This document shows, in pieces, positions 52,720 through 64,000 of a stretch of 64,000 bases of DNA. The notes beneath the pieces were generated by a model. The model had not been told where the DNA came from. It searched no databases and saw nothing but the letters and a program-made list of their open reading frames with translations. The stretch lies in the NCBI RefSeq assembly GCF_009914755.1, contig NC_060925.1. One strand, 5' to 3'. Every line of letters starts with the position of its first letter. Positions within the stretch are counted from its first letter, which is position 1. This DNA comes from the human T2T-CHM13v2.0 reference genome, Homo sapiens. Made by a program: the position numbers and the translations under genes.

Positions 52720-53964
52720 TAAACAACTCTAAAATCAGTTATTTACTCTTTTTTCCCTTCACCTGGAATTCCTACCTGGTTATCTCTAACTACAGTAATC
52801 CCATCCTTAAGAACTTGCTCAAATGCCCCCTCCTCCAGGAAGTCCTCATGATCACCTCCACCCAAAAGAGCTCTTCCCTGGAGACAGAGGGAGGGCAGGC
52901 ACAAAAAAGACAGTTTGTCTCCTTTATAGTTTGACCTCACATAAACTTTGGTGTCCTGGGAAGAATAATGCCAACATTTCCACACTATACATGTGGAAAT
53001 GGCTTCAAACTCATATAAATCTTTGGTTTAATAACCATATATAAATGCAGTTAGAGAGAGGGAGGATGAGGGAGATTTAAAAATAAGAGGCCAACGGAGA
53101 GGAGGCTATTAAACTATGTGGCAATGATTTATTGATTGAGAAATAAAGGGAATTCCTCTCTGTCTTCTTCTAAATGATCGGTTTCCAACTTCTAAACACT
53201 CCCAGATGTGGAATGCATGTTTCTTCCTTCCATTCCTCTCTGCAGGCTGCCCTGACATTTGTTAAATTGGCTCCTGGGTCCTGGTTTGCAAATGTTGCCA
53301 CTTTGAGATCCGTAGATGGTCATCCCTGGCTCCCTTGGGGAATGTCCTGGAATCCACCAGCTCCATCTGCTCGACAAGAGACTTGAGTTTGTTCTGTTAC
53401 CTCTTTCATCATTAGCCAAAGCTCCGGGACTTGGTTAAAACTTTAGGCAATTAAAAAGACTGACTTATGGAGATAGTAGTGTTTTCACTATATCGTCCCT
53501 GCTTGAATTTATGTTCTTGAATTCCATTAACCTGAAATATATCAAAATACCAAGATGTTATGAAGAATGGGAACAAATATAGAAAAGTGAAAACAGTTGC
53601 CTGTGAAGTTTCTGCAAGACGAGAAGTAAGGGAGGACAGCCTTCCCTCTCAGATGGCTCCCCACCTTCGGGTCCATGAAAACCACTGGCCAGAGCCTCAG
53701 GGGAGCCTTCAGTTAATCCTTTTTAAATGAATGAGAGGTGGATGGAGGAGGGCATCTCCCCTACAAGTTGGCCCCCAAATGTCATGTTGTATTAATAATT
53801 CAGCTCATGGCTTCATACTGCAGGTCTACTCGAGGAAAAAGTTATGTCATGCTTGCAATGGTCTTCAAAGTATGCCGTCCTTTTCTTTCCTCTTCCACTG
53901 CCACTAGCATATTCCAGGTCTAATTGTCTATCTGGTGTGCCTGGCCTTCCCAACTCCAGGTTAC

Positions 53965-54575
53965 TCCCTCTCCAATCTGCACCCCTCTGCTGGCCTCCCC
54001 CTCCTCAATCACCCTGCCTCTCCACCCCCCTTGCCGGCCTCCCCCTCTCCAATCACCCTGCCCCTCCTCTGCTGGCCTCCCCCTCCTCAGTCACCCTGCC
54101 CCTCCTCTGCCAGCCTCCCCCTCCTCAATCACCCTGCCCCTCTCTCTGCCGTCCTCCCCCTCCACAATCACCCTGCCCCGCCTCTGCCATCCTTCCCCTC
54201 CTCAATCACCCTGCCCTGCCTCTGCCAGCCTCCCCCTCCTCAATCAGTCTGCCCCCCTCTGCCGGCCTCCCCCTCCTCAATCAGTCTGCCCCCCTCTGCC
54301 GGCCTCCCCCTCCACAATCACCCTGCCCTCCCTCTGCCGGCTTCCCCCTCTCCAGTCACCCTGCTCTCCCTCTGCTGGCCTCCATCTCTCCAGTCACCCT
54401 GCCCCCCTCTGCCAGCCTCCCCCTCCTCAATCACCCTGCGTCCCTCTGCAGACCTCCTCCTATCCAATCACGCTGCCCCCCTCTACCAGCCTCCCCCTCC
54501 TCAATCAACGTGCGTCCCTCTGCAGGCCTCCTCCTCTGCAATCACCCTGCGCCCCTCTGCTGACCTCCTCCTCTT
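53965..54575 (+). repeat. C-rich minisatellite, ~37-39 bp unit (ctctgcYRgcctccccctcctcaatcaccctgcccc), ~15-16 copies
   Basis: Repeated units read directly from the sequence. Confidence 0.92.
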
Positions 54576-55619
54576 TCACAGACTCTCTGGTTGGGTGTCT
54601 TTATTTTTGTTATTAATTTAGACAGCAGCTCTTTCTGGCCTTCACCAGCCATCACCAGTGACAGCACATCACCAAAGCCCCGGGTACAGTCCATCTTCAT
54701 TGCGACCTTTGTGCTTTGGTTTGCATCAGGCCATTTGGTTAGAAAGCTGCTCTTCCTCAGGCCCACCTGTCCAAGTTCTACCAATTTCTGAAGGTCTGGG
54801 TTAAATGCCATCTCACCGACCTTTACCGCATCCCCTCTGCTCTATGCTATGGTCACTGTTGCTGCCATGGCCACAGCAGGAAGCAGACTGTGGGTGCTGA
54901 CTGCCACAAAAGGACAACAGTCACACAGCTCCGGCAACCCCTGAGCAGCTGCTGCAAGGAGGTCACCTGATGACGCAGGTGGCAGTGTGCCCACCCATGG
55001 ACAGGCAGAACCCAGAGAATCTCCTTGCCACATGTTGTCCCCATCCCCTTCTCCCTTTGGGTCTGGCACCTACAGCGGCTGTCACCTTCCACAATGCCCA
55101 TGTGAACTTCCTAGCGACATGGCACTCCTGTTGCCAACAAACAGAAATATGGAGGGCTCTGATTAAGCTCTTTTGAAAACATCATAAAATAGAGACCAAA
55201 TCAAGGAAGCTACATTTCAGAAACATTAGTTATGTTCCTATATCAATAAACAATCGCTAGGTGGGATCCATGGTTGCAAAATCTCCCGATTTCCTCAGAA
55301 AAAGCAAAAACCACACTTGCCATGTATCCTGTATTTGGGGGAAAATCAAGGAACTCCCTGAGGTTAATCGTACCTACTTAATAGAAACTTTCATCTGAGA
55401 AGCACTAAGTACTTTGGACACGTTAGCACATAGGTCCTAATAATACTCCTATTAAGAAGAAAGAGGTGAAATTTACTTCACTTAATGGTTGGGGAAACTA
55501 GTCTAGAGACAGAGAAAAAGCGATTTACTCAAGCTCAGGGAATGTATCAGTGTTAGCGATGAGAATAAAACTCAGAGGCTGGAATCTCAAACTAGTGTAC
55601 TATCACAGTATGTTACTCA

Positions 55620-55820
55620 ATGCACACTGATTCATTTGTTCATTCATTCATTCGTTCGTTGGTTCATTCATTCTGTGCCAGACACTGTGCTAGGCTCCCA
55701 GAAACAACAATGAGCATAAGACCCAGCTCATATCAAGCGTATCATCTAATAGATGAGGCAGAGAATGAAAAGCACACAGACAAAATCACTAGACCGTGCT
55801 AAGTGCTATGAAGAAAGCAA
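55620..55820 (-). mobile_element. L2 3' end (TTCA-rich tail), flanked by MIR fragments
   Basis: ttcattcattcattcg...tgtgccagacactgtgctagg. Confidence 0.65.
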
Positions 55821-56276
55821 GCATCCATTGAATCCTTACGGTGCCTGTCATTTGTTCTCATAGCATCCCTATGAAGAAAGTATTTTACAAGTAAGAAAGC
55901 AGAATCTCAACAAGGTCAGGTGCGTGCCCAAGGCCTCACCACTCACAGGTGGCAGAGCAGGAATCTCAACACACTACCCTTTCCCTCCAACAGCCATTCA
56001 CCATGGAGCCAAAATGCATCCACACACTCCCAGAGCCAGTCTCGGAAGGATAGACAAACACCAGGACTGTGCCAGAACTCCCTTTTCCTTCTAGTGTTGT
56101 GTCTCTTCTTCCCTGTTCATCAAGGAGAAGACGCTGGTGGATGGCACAGCCTCAGGGAGGAATGGTGTCTGTCTTCAACGCTTACGAAGCTGTGAGACAT
56201 TCTCCAAACTCCTGCTCCAAAGAATATGTCCATTCTAAGCAGTATATACACAACAGAGTTAAGAAGCGTTAGTAGG

Positions 56277-56583
56277 GGCCAGTGTGGTAGCTCACACCTG
56301 TAATCCCAGCACTTTGGGAGGCCGAGGTGGGTGGATCACTTGAGGTCAGGAGTTTGAGACCAGCCTGGCCAACATGTTGAAACCCTGTCTCTACTAAAAA
56401 TACAAAAATTAGCCGGGCATGGTGGTGCGTGCCTGTAATCCCAGCTACTCGAAAAGCTGAGGCAGGGAATGGCTTGAACCCGGGAGGCGGAGGTGGCAGT
56501 GAGCCAAAATCGCACCACTGCACTCCAGCCTGGGTGACAGAGTGAGATTCAAAAAAAGAAAAAGAAAAAAGAAAATAAAAAAG
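56277..56583 (+). mobile_element. Alu (AluS)
   Basis: Full dimer; TSD aagaagc(g/a)ttag(t/c)a. Confidence 0.88.
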
Positions 56584-56605
56584 AAGAAGCATTAGCAAGT
56601 CCCTC

Positions 56606-57320
56606 TGAAACGGGAAAGGTTCCCTTGTCCCTCACAGGGCATGCAATGGGGTATGGCTCGCTTCTTCAGTGCCCCGCTGCTCACACCTCTAGGGGAGCAT
56701 TCAGATGGGCAGGCTGAGGGGCTCTGACCCCATGGCAGTATCCAGGGGTGAATGTTTACAGCTGAAGCCCCAGTGGGCGTGTGTTACAGGATGCTCTTTT
56801 AGTTTAGCCATCCGTAGGCGGCTTGTGTTAGTCAGCTCAATTGGACCCCTGCCTTATCGCCAGGACAGAGGGCTTTCTGTGTCCCGGGGTTCTTGCCTTG
56901 GTGTACCGGAAGAATCAGATCACACCTGCACTTGGGGAATGAGTTCAGGTTTTTTGAGAGAGAATAACTCTTGGCAGATGGGGGAAGCCAGAAGGGGATG
57001 GAGTGGGAAGGTTTTCCCCTGGAGTCAGGCTACTGAGCGGCCAACTCTTCTCTGACCACCCCAGCTAAACTCTGAGTTGTTCTGCTGGTCAGTGGCCTGC
57101 CGGCCTGCCGGTACCTGTCAACGTGCTCTTAACATCCAGCCGCCTGTGTGTTTACCTGCTAGGGTCTCAGGGTTTTTATACGCACAGGATAGGGACGTGG
57201 CAGGCCAGGGTGGTCTTGGGAAATGCAACATTTGGGCAGGAGAACAAAAATCCCTGTCTTCACCTAGGTCTGTAGCCATGGGTCTGGGGGTGGAGCCCTA
57301 GCCAGGGACCACGCCCTAGG
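56606..57320 (-). mobile_element. ERV1 LTR, LTR1/LTR27/LTR28/MER52 group
   Basis: cttgccttggtgtaccggaagaatcagatcacac...; TATA-like gtttttata at 57172-57180 read on minus. Confidence 0.6.
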
Positions 57321-57806
57321 ATGGAAAGACGTTCTCTCTGCCCTGGGTGGCATAATAACAAGGCAGATAAAGGCTATATTGGAAATAAGCAGAAGGCACA
57401 GTGGGCTCCGCAGAGGAAATGCGTAACTTTCTTGTAGGAGGAAAAGAACAAAGGGTGAAGGATAAGAAGGTTCACCTAGCACAATGGTAGGGGAAGAATG
57501 GTGTGAAAGAGGTGGCAGAGTCTCTCAGCCCTGAGAAGAGACAAAGCATGGGGCCAGGGATCGCTCCGACTGCCGGGACAGGGTACTCACAGGAGAAGAA
57601 GTGTGGGCGGGGAGGGTGGAATGGCGGAGACCTTGAGGGTCCACATTGAGTCAGAAGCTGCCTCTATTGCTCCCTCATCTGCTTCCCTGGCTCCACTCCT
57701 TTTGGGGTGAAGAACTGGCTTTATCTCACCACAACATCTTCTGACTCTCCTGTGTTTGCCTCATGATGGTCACAACTAAGCTTGTGAAACTTAAAAACCA
57801 AAAATG

Positions 57807-58179
<373 letters not shown>

Positions 58180-58675
58180 TTAGCTGCTGTGGCCAAGTTT
58201 AGAAATGTGGTGAAAAGGACAGCTGACCTCTGTGTTCTGCTGGGCACCTCTGTACCCTCCCTTCCCTGGGCAAATGATTCCCCAGCCGTGAAGGTTTATG
58301 CCTGTGCGTGGTGGAGGAGTTCTCAGGCTGAGGAGGAAAGTGTCTCCTCAAAGAGGCACGGAGGGGGCTCTGGAGCCCAGCCACCTGCATTCCAACCCCA
58401 GCACCAGTGTTCTGGAGTGTGACGCCAACAGACTACCTCCTGTGCCTCAGTTTCTACATATGTCAAATGGGATAGTAATTCCAAAAAAAACCACTGCAGG
58501 ATTTTTTTTATTTAGGTTAAGTTTTTTTATTTAGATTTGAAGCCAGCTGTGTGGGGAGAAGGAGCGAGCAGTCCAGGGAAATAGTTGGAAGGGAGGCTGA
58601 GAGTAGGAGGGTGAAAGCCCGCCAGCCCAAGCAACAGGGAGGGAGTGGAGAGCAGAGCTGAGTGCCTGGAGGCAA

Positions 58676-59345
58676 TGAATCCGCCTTTGCAAAATGATGA
58701 CAGTAAGAGAAATCTAACATAGCTAACTCTATCTTGCTTCTAACCTTCAAGCTTTTCTTGTTTATTCCTGGGTATAGACCAAGCTAACTTTGAAAGGAAT
58801 TTAATTTATAGTTTAACCTTAAAGCAAGGATGATAATAACCCTTCCCAAAACTAAACTGCCTTTATAAAACTAATGAAAGTCCACAAGGTTAGGATCATG
58901 AGAGGGATGTAGGCATAGTTAAATGGAACCAGCCACTGTTCTGGAAGTCAAAAGATTTGTAACGTCCCCAGTTACTCCTATAGATAACATCATTATTGTA
59001 GAACCTAAGATTTTTTTTAAGTTGTTTTTCTAACTTGCATTTCTGACAACTGACTGACCCCACTGGGCCCTGTGGCCCCCATCTAGAGAGGCAATGAAGA
59101 CCATACCCTTGTGATTTCATCCCTAATCAATTAGCAGCACCCATTCCCTCACCCCCTGCCCACCAAATCATTCTTTAAAAAACTCAGTCTCTGAATTTTG
59201 GGGGGAGACTGATTTGAGTAATAAACCCCCGGTCTTCTGCTTAGCCAGCTCCATTTAGTCAACTATTTCTCTGTTACAATACTGCCGTCCTGGTAAATTG
59301 GCTCTATCTATGCATCAGGCAAGAAAAACCTATCAGACAACAACA
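58676..59345 (+). mobile_element. LTR8-family (LTR8A/B-like) ERV1 solo LTR
   Basis: tgaatccgcctttgcaaaatgatgacagtaagagaaatct...; AATAAA near 59220; TG...CA ends with gcaa/gtaa flanks. Confidence 0.75.
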
Positions 59346-61046
59346 GTAAAAGGGGCTGGGTTCCAAGAATGCTGGGTTGGAAGTGACCAGGCTTGCCCTG
59401 AGAGTTGTTACTGCCCCAGGATTCTTATGGTCTCAGCACCTTGGGCAAGGGAGATGGCACCAGAGAGACCCTCAGATGGCACCTACCTCTTGCCCTGGGG
59501 TTTGTCCTATCTTCCTCCAAATGTGAGCATGTCCTTACTTAGCCCAGGAAGGCTGAGAAGGACAGAAGGCACTCTGGGGGCTTCCTGTGGCTTATCTGGG
59601 GGCACCTCTGAAGGATCAGAGATGTGGTCCAACAGGACAGAAGCCAGCAGGGGACACTGCAGCCTGATGCAGAGGGGTGTGAGGTAGCACTGGGCTATTT
59701 TAGGAGGGTCAGGTCCTTGTGCCTTGGAAGAGATCAAAGCTACCCCTCCACCTCCAGGCTATGTTCTCTCCCTCTGCCCGGAGCTGCTTGGCTGTGTTTT
59801 CTCCTTCTGCCTCTCTGGGGCAGCTTGGCTGGAAAGAAACCAGTATTGTCCATTTGTCATCCAAATGCACATGGGGCATTTCCTACCTGTTTCCTCTGTC
59901 TCTCCAAAGTGGACAGATTCCCCTCCATTCCATTTTTCTCACCACCTCCAGACTCTGGTCCTCTCCTCCCACCCTCTGTCCCTTCAAGCCAAGGCCCTCC
60001 CCTCAACACACCTCCATATTTCACTCTGCCTCCTGATTGCCAAGCCTAGGTAGGGTCTTCCTCTGGTTCTCACCCTCCTCAGTGCCTCTGCTGAATGAGA
60101 CAGGAGGCTGTGGTGGTTCTGGTCCCCTGAGGAAAACTCTCTTCTTTCAGGCTTTCATTGTTGTCCTGGATTTGTTTTTGCTTTTCTCACCATTTCTTTT
60201 CCATGTTCTTATCCTTCTTCAAGGTTGAAGGCCCGGGCTTTGCTCCTCTATTTGCCTGCCCTGTCTCACATTTTCCTATAGCATCCACTGCTTCTCTGCC
60301 AGCATTTCCCCGCTATGTTCCTTAGGGCTCCAAGGAATAGGAAATGCTGCTTCACAGGCAGTTGAGAGGCTGCATTTCCACCAGGCTTCCTGATTCTGCT
60401 GCTATTGCGGCCTGTGATCCACACTTTAAGTAGCAGATGCTAGAAAACAGGTGCCAGGCAGACACCGGAATTCTCTACTTCAGAAAGCAAGAAGCATTTG
60501 GGATTTACTTGTAGGACAGTATGAGACTGCCTGGGAGAAGGAGACAGCAGGAGCCCAGGAGACTTGGAGAGAGACAGTGAGAATGGCCGCAGGCCTTCCC
60601 AACAATTTGAAATTGTTTGCACTGTGCAGGTGTGTGGGAAAGCCCCCACTGCTGCTTCTCCCTCCAATTCAGGAAAACATGCTATGTATTCAGTGTGGGA
60701 TCAAAGCAAGAATATAAACAGAGGGTCCTATACCATGTGTCAAAATATCTAGAAGTTACTAACTTGACTTGAAAAATACACCTTCACAGAGACCTAGGTG
60801 TCCTGGATTGAACTGAGAAGCTTCTGAATTCTTGGACTTTCAACTGAATTGAGCATTCAGGGGGACAGGCCCCAGGTTCCTTCTCTTCCCACTCAGCCCT
60901 GACTGGCACTGGGGAGGGCCTCAGTATGGACGTGTGGATACGCCGGCCCAAACAGCTGAACCACTGTTTAGTGCTGTCATATCTGCACTTAATTCCACCC
61001 ATTGGATTACATACATTCAGCAAAAGCAAACGTAATAATAATGATT

Positions 61047-61441
<395 letters not shown>

Positions 61442-61604
61442 TAGTCTCTTAGTGGGTTTCAGCTCTTGTTTGCCTTGCATGGAGGGAGTGTTAAAAATAC
61501 ACCTTTTATCCAAAAAGGCCTTCCAAATGCAGGTCAATTACATTATCTGGTATTTAACAGAACAAAGCACAATCTATTCCCCTGCTAGAGACAAGAAATG
61601 TGTC

Positions 61605-61779
61605 TTTTTGTTTTTTCTTAGAGATGAGGTCTTGCTATGTTGTCCATGCTGGAGCACAGTGGCTATTCATAGGTCGAAACATAGCGAACTACAGCCTGGA
61701 ACTCCTGACCTCAAGCTGTCCTCCCACCTCAGCCTCCTGAGCAGCGCAGACTACAGGTGCATGACACCGTGCTCAGCTA
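61605..61779 (-). mobile_element. FAM (fossil Alu monomer) with TSD aagaaatgYgt
   Basis: ggctattcataggtcgaaacatagcgaactacagcc 7SL-like segment; TSD both sides. Confidence 0.75.
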
Positions 61780-61850
61780 AGAAATGCGTTCTGTTGTTGT
61801 GGGGTTTCTGGAGACATAGTTTGTTAGATTTTAATATAGCATCTTCTTAA

Positions 61851-62199
<349 letters not shown>

Positions 62200-62761
62200 T
62201 AAGGGTAATTTTCATTATGCTCAATATTACCTTATACATGGCACTATATAATCAGAACAGTTTTTTAGAAACTGTACCAAAATAGGATGACCCAGGAGAG
62301 CTACCAGAGACAGGAGACCAGGTAAGAGGCTGTTGCTTCTATACAAGAAAGAACAGGTCTCAAGTAGGATGGTGGTTGTAGGTCTGGGAACATACAGGTG
62401 TCAGATATCACAAAGAAATACTCGACAGAGCTTGGGCATGGGTTAAAGATAAGAGTCAAAGAAAAGGAAGAGGTCACCGCTGTCCAGTTTTAAGCTTGGA
62501 TAACTTGGAGAATGGTGAAACAAGGAGCAGAAATGAGTCAGGAGGAAGAACTGATTTCTGGGGGAAGGATTTGAAGAGTCTGGCTGCACACAATTTGAGT
62601 TTGAGGGGCTGATGATCCATGCAGGTACAGAGGATTTGTAGCCAACTGGAAATGCAAGACTAGAGTTGGCAGGGAAGCTAGCACTAGAAATGGTGCAGAG
62701 ATGATGGTTGAAACCACGAGAACAGATACAGTCAGTGAAAGAACTGAAACAAGAGAGACCT

Positions 62762-63058
<297 letters not shown>

Positions 63059-63865
63059 AGAGAGAGAGACCCAGGACAACCACGGAATGTGGTCGCAGTT
63101 AAGGATGGGACTGAGGCATGAGAGGGCTAAGGCTGCAGAGAGGAACCACGTCAGGGGCAGGAGCAAAACCTGCCCTCTTTTAAGCCATCCTTGGTGTTGA
63201 TGGCAAATGATCTTTCTAATTCTAGTCAAATCATTCCCATGCTTTACAGTCTACATACAGAGAATGAAGTCCAAATTCCTGAGGATGATGGCAAGACCCG
63301 CCCCTCTGCCCCTCACTTCCTTTCCAGCTGCATCTGCAAGCCATCCCAAGCACACTAGGCACGTTCATCTCTCTGAACATTTCCTCCCAACTTTGCCTCT
63401 GCTGGGAAGGTCCTTGGCTACCTGGCACATTTCTACTCCGCCTCTGCGGTCCCATACTCTCCACACCTCCTCGGCATAGCCGCCGCATACATAACTGCCG
63501 CACAGCTATCCACCTCAGGTGGAAATAATTGGGTCCTTTTGGCTTTCCCACAGCAACTTTGATATAGCTCTTTTAAAATCATTATCACTTTGTCTTATTA
63601 CGTATCACTTCTTTCCGAATCGAGCCTGAGATCAAGCAATCCAGAGCAGGGAAGCAAAAAAAAAAAAAAAAAACGTCAACAAGAAAGCAGACAGAAAAGA
63701 GCAGAAGCCAGGGGAAGGCTAGGTCCATGGACAGAGGGTGGGGAGGGGTCAGATCAGAGGTTAAGGTAGAAATGAGTGGAAGGCAGCGCCAGAGCAGGTT
63801 CCACTACCAGTAGACGTGGGAGTGGGTAACAGTTTGAGTCAAACTGATGGTAGCTGGTGGGAAAG

Positions 63866-63887
63866 GCTTCTAGAAGCTTCTAGAAGC
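63866..63887. promoter_or_regulatory. Candidate heat-shock element (4 perfect alternating nGAAn units; 22-bp palindrome)
   Basis: GCTTCTAGAAGCTTCTAGAAGC = cTTCt-aGAAg-cTTCt-aGAAg. Confidence 0.55.
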
Positions 63888-64000
63888 TCTGCCCTGGTGT
63901 TGACACACTAGTCATCTCTCCTGAGATTTAATAACATAATTATCTGATTCACCTTGGCTTTTTTTCCTTTGACTTTTCCAGATTCCGTCATATCTCCGAG

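Noticed and set aside
53965-54575. CRISPR-like array or PRDM9 motif array
   Set aside because: Eukaryotic tandem repeat with no unique spacers; the units I checked do not match CCNCCNTNNCCNC
53844-54621. Three overlapping 228-239 aa Pro/Ser/Leu-rich ORFs
   Set aside because: All three frames are open only because the C-rich minisatellite strand lacks stop codons; no splice or promoter support

Overview
Mammalian (primate, almost certainly human) genomic DNA. It contains one complete protein-coding gene on the minus strand, recognisable as C1orf198. I reconstructed it from the sequence as four coding exons: 42973-42641, 30179-30129, 18368-17826 and 14380-14324 (333+51+543+57 = 984 nt, 327 aa plus stop). 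All introns are GT-AG and phase 0. The gene has a CpG-island promoter (~42.3-43.7 kb) and a ~2.7-kb 3'UTR ending near the AATAAA at 11609-11614. The rest is mostly interspersed repeats (Alu/FAM/FLAM, L1, L2, MIR, MaLR and ERV LTRs, MER/Tigger DNA transposons), a (GT)29 microsatellite and a ~37-39 bp C-rich minisatellite at ~54.0-54.6 kb. Nearly all ORFs in the supplied track are spurious. I cannot support a wholly new biological system. The best leads are: a perfect 4-unit heat-shock element inside a 22-bp palindrome; splice-signal evidence for a divergent spliced lncRNA; a five-site AP-1 cluster; a minisatellite with repeated CTCF-like cores; two local non-tandem duplications; a young AluYa5-like insertion nested in an older Alu; and tandem poly(A) sites, one overlapped by a Pumilio element. 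Repeat subfamily names come from recognition by eye and repeat boundaries are approximate.
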